A DNA stretch of 64,000 nucleotides, from contig JAAYVI010000117.1 of NCBI GenBank assembly GCA_012517235.1, positions 1 through 64,000 on the forward strand, written 5' to 3'. This DNA is from Elusimicrobiota bacterium. Its GTDB lineage: Bacteria > Elusimicrobiota > Elusimicrobia > Elusimicrobiales > UBA9959. Positions 55,096-64,000 of this stretch are shown piece after piece. Within the stretch, counting starts at the first letter, position 1; every line of letters begins with the position of its first letter. The notes below the pieces were generated by a model. The model saw only the letters and a program-made list of their open reading frames with translations, did no database searches and had not been told where the DNA came from. The position numbers were made by a program, and so were the translations under genes.

Positions 55096-56540
55096 TTTAT
55101 ATTTGGCTGTCTTGCCGCCAGGACTTCGTCCAAACGTTTAACCGGCATGGTATGAGGAGCGTTTTTTACAAATTCCGGATTATTTAAAGCCTCTTCGTTT
55201 ATTTTTCTCATCGTTTCTATGAAAGAGTCCAAAGTCTCTTTGCTTTCGGTCTCGGTCGGTTCTATCATTATGGCTTCGTGAACTATGAGAGGGAAATATA
55301 CCGTAGGCGCGTGAAAACCGTAATCCAAAAGTCTTTTTGCTATGTCTAATGTTTTTATACCTTTATCGGCAAGCTCTTTTGACGGAGCCAAAACGCATTC
55401 GTGCATGCAGTATTCTTTGGAGTAAGGCGGAAACAAATTTTCCAAAGCGGATTTGACATAGTTTGCGTTTAATATGGCATTTTCCGCTATTTCGGCAAAT
55501 TCTTTGGGACCGTGTTTGAGCAAATATGCGTATGCTCTGAGTAAAACTTGAGTATTGCCGAAATGAGATTTTATCCTTCCTATGGACAAAGGCAGGTTTT
55601 CGTTTAAGAAATATTTACCGTCTTTTTTTTCTACTTTGGGCTTGGGAAGATAGGGAGATAATTTCTTCTTGACCAAAATCCCGCCGGCTCCCGGTCCTCC
55701 TCCTCCGTGAGGGGTGGAAAAAGTTTTATGCATATTCAAATGCATCATGTCTATTCCGAAATCGCCCGGTTTTATCAGGCCTATGAGAGCGTTTAAATTG
55801 GCTCCGTCCATATATACGAGCGTTCCGTTTTTATGGGAGAGTTCGCAAATTGTTTTTATGTTTTTTTCGAAAATGCCCAAAGTGTTCGGAACGGTCATCA
55901 TTATTACCGCAGTTTTGGAATTTAGATGTTTTTTTAAAGTTTCTATGTCCAAAAGACCTTCGGGAGTCGATTGAATATTTATCGTCTTAAATCCGGCCAT
56001 CGAAGCCGTGGCCGGATTTGTGCCGTGAGCGGAATCCGGAACTATTATTTCGTCTCTTTCTTCTCCTATTACGGAGAAATGTTTTTTTGCCAAAAGTATG
56101 CCCGTATATTCCCCGTGCGCTCCGGCTACCGGCCAGAGTGTGGCGTCGTCCATGCCGCAAAGCTCGCAAAGCCTTTGATGGGCGTCGTATATTATTTCCA
56201 AAGTTCCTTGAGAGTTTTCGTCTAATGACATAGGATGCAGGGAAGTAAAGCCTTCCAAAGAACTTACCTCTTCGTTTATTCTCGGATTGTATTTCATCGT
56301 GCACGAACCCAAAGGATAAAAATGAGTGTCTACGGAGAAATTATATTTGGAAAGTCTTGTGAAATGTCTTACGGCGTCAAATTCCGAAAGTTGGGGAAGT
56401 TTAGGCTCGGACTTTCTGGCGGCTTCGAGTGGGATATTTGCTTGGCAGGAAGGACAATTAAAATGAAGCCCTCTCTTGCCGGTTCTGGATTTTTCTATGC
56501 TGAGTTCATTGTCGAATTTCATTATATCGTTCATAAGCAA
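55089..56540 (-). CDS. gcvPB: glycine dehydrogenase (decarboxylating) subunit 2
   Basis: PLP-lysine region HLNMHKTFSTPHGGGGPG. Confidence 0.9.
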   Translation of the reverse strand: MLMNDIMKFDNELSIEKSRTGKRGLHFNCPSCQANIPLEAARKSEPKLPQLSEFDAVRHFTRLSKYNFSVDTHFYPLGSCTMKYNPRINEEVSSLEGFTSLHPMSLDENSQGTLEIIYDAHQRLCELCGMDDATLWPVAGAHGEYTGILLAKKHFSVIGEERDEIIVPDSAHGTNPATASMAGFKTINIQSTPEGLLDIETLKKHLNSKTAVIMMTVPNTLGIFEKNIKTICELSHKNGTLVYMDGANLNALIGLIKPGDFGIDMMHLNMHKTFSTPHGGGGPGAGGILVKKKLSPYLPKPKVEKKDGKYFLNENLPLSIGRIKSHFGNTQVLLRAYAYLLKHGPKEFAEIAENAILNANYVKSALENLFPPYSKEYCMHECVLAPSKELADKGIKTLDIAKRLLDYGFHAPTVYFPLIVHEAIMIEPTETESKETLDSFIETMRKINEEALNNPEFVKNAPHTMPVKRLDEVLAARQPNIKW

Positions 56541-57862
56541 GCCTCTATTGATTTTTTAAGTTCGAATATGTCGCTTTCGTTTTTTGTTTCGGTTAAACAT
56601 ACCATAAGCGAGTTCTCAAAATCTTTTCCCATATGTGATAGGTCCAATCCCGGATCTATTGAAAACATTTCGGAGACTTTTTTTCTAAGCTCCGAGGCTT
56701 TCATAGGAAGTTCCAAAACAAATTCGTTAAAGAAAGGCGCTTTGTATTTCAATTTTACGTCTTTTATCGACGTAAGTTCTTTGGCCGCTTTTACCGCCAG
56801 ACTATTATTTATCATACAAGCTTCTTTAAGACCTTTAGGTCCCAAAAGAGCGCAGTAAATAGTAGCTCCCAAAGCGCAAAGCGCCTGATTTGAGCAGATA
56901 TTTGAAGCCGCTTTGTCTCTTCTTATGTGCTGTTCTCTCGCTTGAAGAGTAAGAACAAAACCTCTTTTCCCGTCTTTATCTTTGGTCATTCCGCATATCC
57001 TTCCCGGCATTTGCCTTATATGTTCTTTTCGGCAGGTAAAAATTCCCAAATAAGGTCCGCCGTAAGACATGGGAAGTCCCAAAGATTGTCCTTCTCCTAC
57101 GGCAAAATCAAATCCGCATTCGCCCGGAGTCTTCAAAGCTCCCAGAGAAAAAGGATCCGCGCAGCATATTGTCAAAATATTTTTACTTTTGGCGGTCTTA
57201 TTTAATATCTCTATATTTTCTATTAATCCGAAATAATTGGGGTTTGCCGCCGCAAAACATGCGGTCGAATCGTCTATCTTTTCGGCCAAATATTTCTCGT
57301 CGGTTAAACCTCCGCTCAAAGGTATCTCTTCGAAAATATATTTAGGATCGTTTGCCAAATATGTTTTTGCCGTTTCTATATATCTTGGATTTATAGCCGC
57401 GGAATATAAAATTTTGTTTTTTCCGCTGATTCTTAAACAGGCTTTTACTGCTTCGGCAAAGGATGTGGAGCCGTCGTACATTGAGGCGTTGGAACAATCC
57501 ATATCGTATAAGGCGCACATCGAACTTTGATATTCGTATATTGTTTGAAGAAGTCCTTGGCTGGCTTCCGGCTGATAGGGGGTATATGCGGTTAAGAATT
57601 CTCCTCTGGATAGTATCGCTTTCATTGCCGCGGGAGTATATCTGTCGTAAACGCCGGCTCCCACGAAACTTTTTAATCTTTTATTTTTTTCGGATAATTC
57701 CCGCATTTTTTTGGAAATTTCTATCTCGCTTAAAGCGGCGGGAAGATTTATTTTAGGATTTAAAAATTCCTTGGGAACGGAAGAAATTAAATCTTCGAAT
57801 TTTTTGACTCCTATTTTCTCAAGCATTTCTTTTTTTTCTTGGTCGGTATTTGAAATATACAT
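56531..57862 (-). CDS. gcvPA: glycine dehydrogenase (decarboxylating) subunit 1
   Basis: GcvPA-type N-terminal half of P-protein; 443 aa. Confidence 0.9.
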   Translation of the reverse strand: MYISNTDQEKKEMLEKIGVKKFEDLISSVPKEFLNPKINLPAALSEIEISKKMRELSEKNKRLKSFVGAGVYDRYTPAAMKAILSRGEFLTAYTPYQPEASQGLLQTIYEYQSSMCALYDMDCSNASMYDGSTSFAEAVKACLRISGKNKILYSAAINPRYIETAKTYLANDPKYIFEEIPLSGGLTDEKYLAEKIDDSTACFAAANPNYFGLIENIEILNKTAKSKNILTICCADPFSLGALKTPGECGFDFAVGEGQSLGLPMSYGGPYLGIFTCRKEHIRQMPGRICGMTKDKDGKRGFVLTLQAREQHIRRDKAASNICSNQALCALGATIYCALLGPKGLKEACMINNSLAVKAAKELTSIKDVKLKYKAPFFNEFVLELPMKASELRKKVSEMFSIDPGLDLSHMGKDFENSLMVCLTETKNESDIFELKKSIEACL

Positions 57863-57927
57863 AAATGCCTCTTGTTTTGGGAAAGGAAAATGCCGCGCGA
57901 AATTTCGCGCGGCGGATAATTGTCAAT

Positions 57928-58311
57928 TTAGTGGGCTTCGTTATTCGCAAATTCCGAATATGCGTTCCAATCGAGCAAATCGGAAGTATCCGCGGAAGAA
58001 ACCTTCATTTTGAAAAGCCAGCCGTTTTCCAGCGGAGATTGATTTACCAATGCGGGTTCGTCGGAAAGTTTCGTGTTTACTTCGACTACTTCTCCCGAAA
58101 CAGGCGAGTAAATATCGAAAGCCGATTTCACCGATTCGACCACGCAGGCCTGTTTTCCTTTTTCTTTTTTATCCCCTATTTTGGGTAAATCCACAAAAAC
58201 TATGTCGCCCATTTGATGCTGAGCGTGATCAGAAACGCCTATTACGGCGATGTCTCCTTCTATCTTTATCCATTCGTGAGTTTTTGTATATTTGACTTCT
58301 TCTGGTTTCAT
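57928..58311 (-). CDS. gcvH: glycine cleavage system H protein
   Basis: lipoyl-lysine motif VESVKSAFDIYSPVSGEV. Confidence 0.9.
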   Translation of the reverse strand: MKPEEVKYTKTHEWIKIEGDIAVIGVSDHAQHQMGDIVFVDLPKIGDKKEKGKQACVVESVKSAFDIYSPVSGEVVEVNTKLSDEPALVNQSPLENGWLFKMKVSSADTSDLLDWNAYSEFANNEAH

Positions 58312-58365
58312 TTTTCCTCCGTTAATGCAAATATATTCTATATTTTTGCCCGCCGATTTACAAAA

Positions 58366-59493
58366 TTAAGACTCAATGTAGACCTTACCGAAAGCGCCGC
58401 CTTTATAAAAAGGAACTTCGTGTACAAAAGAAGGAACTTTTTTATCTCTTATTTCCACCTCCAGAGAATCTCCCGGTTTAAGATCGGGTATGTCGAAATA
58501 TCCCACTCCTATTCCTTTTTTTAGAGTGGGAGAGAAAGTCGCGCTTTGAAGAGTGCCTATCTGCCTTCCGTCTTTGAAAACCTTGCATCCTTCTCTGGGT
58601 ATGCCGGTTTGAGTCGTAAGGCCGGTAAGCCTTATTTTTACTCCTTCGGCTTTTTGCTTTTCGTATATGTCTTTGCCGATGAATTTTTCTTTTTTAAGTT
58701 TTACTACCCATCCGTAATTTGCTTCGTATGAAGTATGCTCGTCGTCTATGTCGTTTCCGTATAGCAAATATCCGCTTTCGAGCCTTAATGTGTCTCTTGA
58801 ACCCAATCCGCAAGGAATAAGTTCTTCGGATTTTCCGAGTTCGAAAAATTTATCCCATATTTGGTTTATTACTTTGTGCGGCGCGGCCACTTCGAAACCG
58901 TCTTCTCCGGTATATCCCGTTCTGCTTACGAATATTTTTTCGCCCATAAAAGAAGATTCGACTACCGAGAATCTTCCGAACTTAAGTATGGCGGGTTCGA
59001 ATTTTTTCATTATGGATATGGTCTTTGGGCCTTGTAAAGCCACCATGGAATAATCGTCGCTTTTGTTTTCTATTTTAACCTGGAATCCTTTTGAGTTTTT
59101 TAAAAACCACTCGTAATCTTTTGTCGAAGTCGTCGCGTTTACTATTACCAGATATCTGCCTTCTTCTTTGTTTAAGCAGAAATTTATTACGTCGTCGACT
59201 ATTCCTTTTCTGCCGTTAGGCAAATGCGAATAGCAGCCTTGATTATTTTGAAGTTTTTTTACGTCGTTTGCGTTTACATAATCCAAAAAAGCCGCGGCGT
59301 CTTTTCCCGTAACAAAAATTTGTCCCATGTGAGATACGTCAAAAATTCCGGCTCCGTTTCTCACCGTATTGTGTTCTTTTGTTATGCCTTCGAACTGTAT
59401 CGGCAGTTCCCATCCGTGAAAATCTACCATCTTACCGCCGTATTTCCGGCAGGTTTCGTTTAAAGCCGTCTTTTTTAAAGTTGAAGATTGCAT
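58366..59493 (-). CDS. gcvT: aminomethyltransferase (glycine cleavage T protein)
   Basis: GcvT fold; 375 aa. Confidence 0.9.
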   Translation of the reverse strand: MQSSTLKKTALNETCRKYGGKMVDFHGWELPIQFEGITKEHNTVRNGAGIFDVSHMGQIFVTGKDAAAFLDYVNANDVKKLQNNQGCYSHLPNGRKGIVDDVINFCLNKEEGRYLVIVNATTSTKDYEWFLKNSKGFQVKIENKSDDYSMVALQGPKTISIMKKFEPAILKFGRFSVVESSFMGEKIFVSRTGYTGEDGFEVAAPHKVINQIWDKFFELGKSEELIPCGLGSRDTLRLESGYLLYGNDIDDEHTSYEANYGWVVKLKKEKFIGKDIYEKQKAEGVKIRLTGLTTQTGIPREGCKVFKDGRQIGTLQSATFSPTLKKGIGVGYFDIPDLKPGDSLEVEIRDKKVPSFVHEVPFYKGGAFGKVYIES

Positions 59494-59604
59494 TTTTCCT
59501 CCGATTGTCGTATAAAAATATCCTATAAAAAGAAAAATTAAATATCAAGGAAAGCAAATCGGCCTACCGATGAACGGAAAATATATATAGAGGAGCAGAT
59601 ATGT

Positions 59605-60369
59605 TTATAAACTAATTTCTGCGGCCAAAGGACAGTGGTCCGATCCCTGAACTTTATCCAGAGCATAAGCCTTTTTTAAAAGCGGCAAAGCTTGCGGAGA
59701 AAAAAAGAAATAGTCTATTCTCCAGCCCACGTTTCTTTCTCTGGCTTTTGTTTTATAGTCCCACCACGTATATTGTATTTTTTGCGGGTGAAGATGTCTA
59801 AAAGCGTCCGTCCAGCCCATATCGGTTATTTTATCCAACCAATCTCTTTCTATCCTTAAAAAACCCGTATTATTTTCGTTTTCTTTCGGTCTTGCCAAAT
59901 CTATTTCTTTATGAGCCGTATTTACGTCGCCGAAAAAAATTACCGGTTTTTTTGTTTCTCTTAATTTTTCTACGTAAGATAAAAAAGCTTCGTAAAATTC
60001 AAGTTTATATTTTATTCTTTCGGGACCCTGTCCTCCGTTTGGGAAATAAACATTCAGCAGATGAAAATCTTTATATTCCGCGGCGGATATTCTGCCTTCT
60101 CTGTCAAACTTTGATATGCCGATATCGCCGTAAAATTTTTCCGGCTTAGTTTTGGAAAATAAAACCGTTCCGCTGTATCCTTTTTTTTCCGGAATCGAAA
60201 AGAAACTTTCATATCCCGAAGGATTGATTTCTTCTTTTTTAAGTTGTTCGGGCCAAACTTTTGTTTCCTGAAGACCTAATATGTCCGGTTTTTCGGTTTC
60301 AATAAAGCTCAAAAATCCTTTTTTTAATACCGCGCGGTAACCGTTTACGTTCCATGATATTATTTTCAT
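59605..60369 (-). CDS. xth: exodeoxyribonuclease III
   Basis: MKIISWNVNGYRA...LGLQETK. Confidence 0.9.
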   Translation of the reverse strand: MKIISWNVNGYRAVLKKGFLSFIETEKPDILGLQETKVWPEQLKKEEINPSGYESFFSIPEKKGYSGTVLFSKTKPEKFYGDIGISKFDREGRISAAEYKDFHLLNVYFPNGGQGPERIKYKLEFYEAFLSYVEKLRETKKPVIFFGDVNTAHKEIDLARPKENENNTGFLRIERDWLDKITDMGWTDAFRHLHPQKIQYTWWDYKTKARERNVGWRIDYFFFSPQALPLLKKAYALDKVQGSDHCPLAAEISL

Positions 60370-61706
60370 TTAAACAAAGCCTCTTTTATGATTTCGCTCA
60401 TAGTGGGATGCGCGAAAATCATAGAACGCAAGTCTTTTATATCGGCTTTCGTTTTAACCGCGAAAGCCGCCAAATGTATGATTTCCGTAGCCGGACCTCC
60501 GGCTATTTGAGCTCCGATTACCTTGTCGTTTTCGTCGGTTATTATTTGACAAAATCCTTCGGTATTCATGGAGGCTACCGCTCTTCCCAAAACCTGATAA
60601 AAAGATTTTCTCACTTTGACTTTTATTCCCTTTTCTTCCGCTTTTTTCTTTGTCAAACCTACGGAAGCTATTTCGGGCCAGGTATATATGCAGGAAGGAA
60701 CTATGGAAGAGTCAAATTCTTCCGATTTGCCGAATATGTTTTCGGCGGCTATTTCTCCTTGCCTTTCCGCGCTATGAGCCAAAAGAGATATTCCGTTGGC
60801 GTCTCCCACGCAGAAGATTTTCGGATTGGATGTTTTTAAATCGGGAGAAACCTTTATCCATTTTGAGTGTTCTACTCCCGCCTTTTCCAAATTTAAACCG
60901 TCAAAATACGCTTTTCTTCCGGCGGCCGCCAAAATTTCGTCTGCCTCTATTCTTGACCCTTTGTCGGTTAATATTATTTTTTTCCCGTTTTCAAAAGAAA
61001 GAGAGGAAATTTTTTCCGCTAATTTGAAAACAATTCCTCTTTTTTCGAACGATTTTTTTAAAACCGCCGCCGCTTGAGGATCTTCAAAAGGAAGTATCTC
61101 TGGCATAAGCTCTATTATTTCGACCGCGCTTCCCAAAGAATTAAAAAAACACGAAAGTTCCAATCCTATGACTCCCGCTCCTATTACGGTAAGTTTTTTT
61201 GGAAATTTTTCCAAATCGAAAATTTTATCGGAATCCGTTATTTTATCTCTATGTCCGTCAAGAGGCGGAGGATAAAAGGGAGACGTTCCGCAAGCTATTA
61301 CCGCATAGTCGAATGTTTCCGATCTTTCTCCTTGAAGCGTCTTTATCTTTACCGAAGATTCGCTTTCAAAAGAAGCTTCTCCGGATATTATTTCTATTTT
61401 TTTCATCGCGAAAAGTTTTTCAAGAGAAGTTTTTATCGAATTTACGATTAAACTTTTATGTTCTTTTATCTTTTCCCATGAAAATTCCGCTTTTATATCC
61501 GAGTTTTCGCAAAATTTCAAAATTTCTTCGAAAGAATGTTTCCTGTGTCCTATTTCCAATAAGGCTTTGGAAGGTATGCAGCCTCTGTTTAAACATGTTC
61601 CTCCGAATTGAGCTTTTTCCACAACGGCTACGTCGGCTCCCAGAGATTTAAGTTTCAGAGCCGCGGGATATCCTCCGGGTCCTCCTCCTATTACTATTAC
61701 TTTCAT
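60366..61706 (-). CDS. lpdA: dihydrolipoyl dehydrogenase (L-protein / E3)
   Basis: GGGPGGYPAA...GGTCLNRGCIPSK. Confidence 0.9.
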   Translation of the reverse strand: MKVIVIGGGPGGYPAALKLKSLGADVAVVEKAQFGGTCLNRGCIPSKALLEIGHRKHSFEEILKFCENSDIKAEFSWEKIKEHKSLIVNSIKTSLEKLFAMKKIEIISGEASFESESSVKIKTLQGERSETFDYAVIACGTSPFYPPPLDGHRDKITDSDKIFDLEKFPKKLTVIGAGVIGLELSCFFNSLGSAVEIIELMPEILPFEDPQAAAVLKKSFEKRGIVFKLAEKISSLSFENGKKIILTDKGSRIEADEILAAAGRKAYFDGLNLEKAGVEHSKWIKVSPDLKTSNPKIFCVGDANGISLLAHSAERQGEIAAENIFGKSEEFDSSIVPSCIYTWPEIASVGLTKKKAEEKGIKVKVRKSFYQVLGRAVASMNTEGFCQIITDENDKVIGAQIAGGPATEIIHLAAFAVKTKADIKDLRSMIFAHPTMSEIIKEALFK

Positions 61707-62899
61707 AAATCCTCCTTCCCGAGTATTTTAATCAAAATATTTCTTTCAAAATCCAAAACCGCTTTTTTAAAAGCTTCCGCCGCAGTTTCTGAAAAATCCT
61801 GCTTTATCTTTACTTTGGAAAAATCCGATTGAGCGTCGAAATTCAATTTAAGTTCTTTTGCCGATAAGTCTGCTTTTATTTCGTCCCTTCTAATATTAAA
61901 ATCGCAAACCGAAGAAAAGTTAAGACTTATAAGATTTGAATCGGCGGAAAATTTTATTTCCGATTTAAGATCTTTGGTCCAAGCCGAAAAATTGGCTTCT
62001 TTTAGAATAAACTCTTTTTCTTTGGCTATGTTTTTGCCTAAGGCCTTTTCGACGGAACCGACATATTTCATTACCGAAGAGTATGTGTCGTTTGAAGAAG
62101 GAATAAATAAGTCTTTTAAATAGAGATCGGTTTTATAATTTCTTTTTTCTTTTTTATTTAAAGACATAAACTCGCCTTTGAAAAGAGCTTCTTGAGCGGA
62201 AATATCGGAATAAAAAATTTTATTTAATTTTGTCTTGGTTTTTAAAGCGCTAAGATCCGCATAGGAATATATCAGTTCGTTTTGAGAATCTATTTCGAAA
62301 GAAATAAGTTTGCCGTTTATAAGAGCGTCCGCCGAGGCCGATACGGATAAGGAAAAATTACCGCCCAAAGAAGATCTATGACTTAAACTTACGAAGGCGT
62401 TTTTAAGAGTTATTTCTTTGCCTGTGTCGGATTCGTAAAAATATAAATCAAAATTTTCAAAAGATATTTCTTTCGCGTTCCATACCAAATGAATAGGTTT
62501 TCTTGACGGGGGGAGAAGATTTGATAAGTCCTGGAAATTCCATATTCCGTTTTCTTTTGTTATTCTGGCTTTCCCCGAATAAAATCTTGCTTTTTCAAAT
62601 AAGAGATTTCCTTTTAAAAATTCTTTTTCGTTTATTTTTATTTCGGCTTTTTCAAAAGATAAAAAGTTTTTTTCCCCGGAAAGTTCTTTTATTTGCGCGT
62701 TTTTTATCGTTATACCGTCCAAGACGGAATAGTAAATTTTTTCAATGACCGTTTTTCTGCCGGTTTTCTTCGACAGATATTCCGCCGTCTTCGATGTTAT
62801 TTCGTTGCCTTTTTTCTTAAAGTATAAATATCCCAAAGAAGATATAAGGGAAAATGAAACTAAAACGGAAATTATTAAAATCTTTTTTTTTGAAGGCAT
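61703..62899 (-). CDS. membrane-anchored hypothetical protein (possibly AsmA/DUF748-like)
   Basis: N-terminal TM, beta-rich remainder, 4-nt overlap with lpdA. Confidence 0.4.
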   Translation of the reverse strand: MPSKKKILIISVLVSFSLISSLGYLYFKKKGNEITSKTAEYLSKKTGRKTVIEKIYYSVLDGITIKNAQIKELSGEKNFLSFEKAEIKINEKEFLKGNLLFEKARFYSGKARITKENGIWNFQDLSNLLPPSRKPIHLVWNAKEISFENFDLYFYESDTGKEITLKNAFVSLSHRSSLGGNFSLSVSASADALINGKLISFEIDSQNELIYSYADLSALKTKTKLNKIFYSDISAQEALFKGEFMSLNKKEKRNYKTDLYLKDLFIPSSNDTYSSVMKYVGSVEKALGKNIAKEKEFILKEANFSAWTKDLKSEIKFSADSNLISLNFSSVCDFNIRRDEIKADLSAKELKLNFDAQSDFSKVKIKQDFSETAAEAFKKAVLDFERNILIKILGKEDL

Positions 62900-62963
62900 A
62901 TAGAAATTGTATTAAAAAAAACAAATGTTATAAAATATAAGCGGTAAAAATTTCGGAGGCGAT

Positions 62964-64000
62964 ATGGACGTTTTGTTCTTATCTCGGCTGCAATTTGCGG
63001 TAACGGCGGCTTTTCATTTTTTATTTGTCCCGATGACTTTGGGCGTCGTAGTGCTTGTGGCTTTTATGCAGACTCTCTGGTATAAAACCGGAGAAGAATA
63101 TTGGCTTAAACTTACAAAATTTTTCGGAAAACTGTTTTTAATTAATTTTGCCATAGGAGTGGTTACCGGAATTTCTTTGGAGTTTCAGTTCGGAATGAAT
63201 TGGTCTGCGTATTCAAAATATGTCGGAGACATATTCGGAGTTCCTCTGGCCATAGAAGCTACGGCGGCTTTCTTTTTGGAGTCGGTGTTCTTGGGTTTGT
63301 GGATATTCGGTTGGGATAAAATTAGCAAAAGAGTACACCTTTTATCCATATGGCTTGTGGCAATAGGTTCGAATTTATCGGCTCTATGGATATTATTTGC
63401 CAATGCTTTTATGCAAAATCCCGTCGGATACAAAATAGCCGAAGGAAGAGTCGAACTGACGGATTTTGCGGCTTTTATGCTTAATCCTTACGGCTGGGTT
63501 AAGTTTTTTCATACGATTTTTGCCGCATATTGCGTGGGAGCTTTTTTTGTAATGGGAATTTCGGCGTATCATATTCTCAAAAAAAGAAACGTAGAAGCAT
63601 TCTCAAAATCTTTTAAGCTTGCGTCTTATTTTTGCGCTTTTTCCGCGCTTATGGTTTTTGTATTCGGCGATTTCCACGCAAAGGACATATCCAAGTATCA
63701 GCCCTCAAAATTTGCCGCTATGGAATCGGTTTGGGAAACTCAAAAAGGAGCCGGATATCCTATTCTGGTTTTACCGGACGAAAGCGGCGAAAAAAATACG
63801 GTTGAAGCTCTGAAAATACCTTATATGCTTAGCATATTAGCCACTTATGATCCTTTCGGAGAAGTCAAAGGACTTAAGGAATTTCCAAAAGAAGAAAGAC
63901 CTCCGGTATTTTTAACTTTTGCTTCTTTCAGAGCTATGGTCGGTCTTGGTTTTTTATTCATAGCCTTGTCTTTGCTTTCCGTATGGCTTTCGTGGAAAAA
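62964..64000 (+). CDS. cydA: cytochrome bd ubiquinol oxidase subunit I, 3'-truncated by the window edge
   Basis: MDVLFLSRLQFAVTAAFHFLFVPMTLG...GMNWSAYSKYVGDIFGVPLAIE; GGAGG ribosome-binding site at 62956-62960; not in the ORF track because no stop is reached. Confidence 0.85.
   Translation, partial: MDVLFLSRLQFAVTAAFHFLFVPMTLGVVVLVAFMQTLWYKTGEEYWLKLTKFFGKLFLINFAIGVVTGISLEFQFGMNWSAYSKYVGDIFGVPLAIEATAAFFLESVFLGLWIFGWDKISKRVHLLSIWLVAIGSNLSALWILFANAFMQNPVGYKIAEGRVELTDFAAFMLNPYGWVKFFHTIFAAYCVGAFFVMGISAYHILKKRNVEAFSKSFKLASYFCAFSALMVFVFGDFHAKDISKYQPSKFAAMESVWETQKGAGYPILVLPDESGEKNTVEALKIPYMLSILATYDPFGEVKGLKEFPKEERPPVFLTFASFRAMVGLGFLFIALSLLSVWLSWK

Noticed and set aside
59494-59604. possible glycine riboswitch upstream of gcvT
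   Set aside because: I read the minus-strand leader and found none of the conserved riboswitch cores. Only a GGAGG ribosome-binding site and a weak promoter-like TTGATA are present. An Infernal scan is needed to be certain.
1-64000. mobile elements, CRISPR arrays, rRNA
   Set aside because: I found no transposase- or integrase-like ORFs, no terminal inverted repeats and no regularly spaced direct repeats. The single tRNA is not flanked by an integrase. Only the low-GC AAA-ATPase gene looks horizontally acquired.

Overview
The window is a contiguous, gene-dense chromosomal segment from an AT-rich, apparently diderm anaerobic bacterium. The diderm call rests on TolC-like, AsmA-like and C-terminal-Phe OMP genes plus system II cytochrome c biogenesis genes. 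I could not assign an organism. There is almost no non-coding space and many genes overlap by 1-17 nt, so they form long co-directional operons. Left to right the window holds: (1) a six-gene complex-I-like / group-4-hydrogenase-like membrane module whose large subunit appears to have lost the [NiFe]-binding cysteines, making it an Ehr/Mbx-type complex of unknown substrate; (2) a secreted protein with a CsgG/LpoB-like domain and WG repeats, an SPFH protein and an ArsB/NhaD-type permease; (3) two sets of xanthine-dehydrogenase-family molybdenum hydroxylase genes (XdhC chaperone, Mo, 2Fe-2S and FAD subunits) in mirror order, with an outer-membrane protein and a secreted TldD/TldE-like peptidase pair embedded between them; (4) a low-GC single-gene AAA ATPase (DUF4143) insertion; (5) glnA, zupT and a MacAB-TolC-type tripartite efflux system; (6) a minus-strand block with a secreted rhodanese, a TGS-less thrS, a rubredoxin-desulfoferrodoxin-Tpx-rubrerythrin stress cluster, a DUF2400 protein and hcp with an Rrf2 (NsrR-like) regulator; (7) divergently from the Rrf2 gene, ccsB-ccsA-nrfH-nrfA (cytochrome c nitrite reductase with a CXXCK heme) followed by DUF438/hemerythrin/PAS, DUF1858 and NapH-like genes; (8) a secreted Porphyromonas-type arginine/agmatine deiminase, an RlmI-like methyltransferase overlapping a stand-alone receiver gene, and tRNA-Phe(GAA); (9) an operon of DUF62 SAM hydroxide adenosyltransferase, a PyrE-like PRTase, an AsmA-like protein, an M50B-like membrane HExxH protein and a receiver domain; (10) a stand-alone RAM domain, lplA-like, gcvPB, gcvPA, gcvH, gcvT, xth and lpdA; (11) the start of cydA. 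I saw no CRISPR array, rRNA or recognisable transposase. All calls are by eye from motifs; none has been checked against a database.
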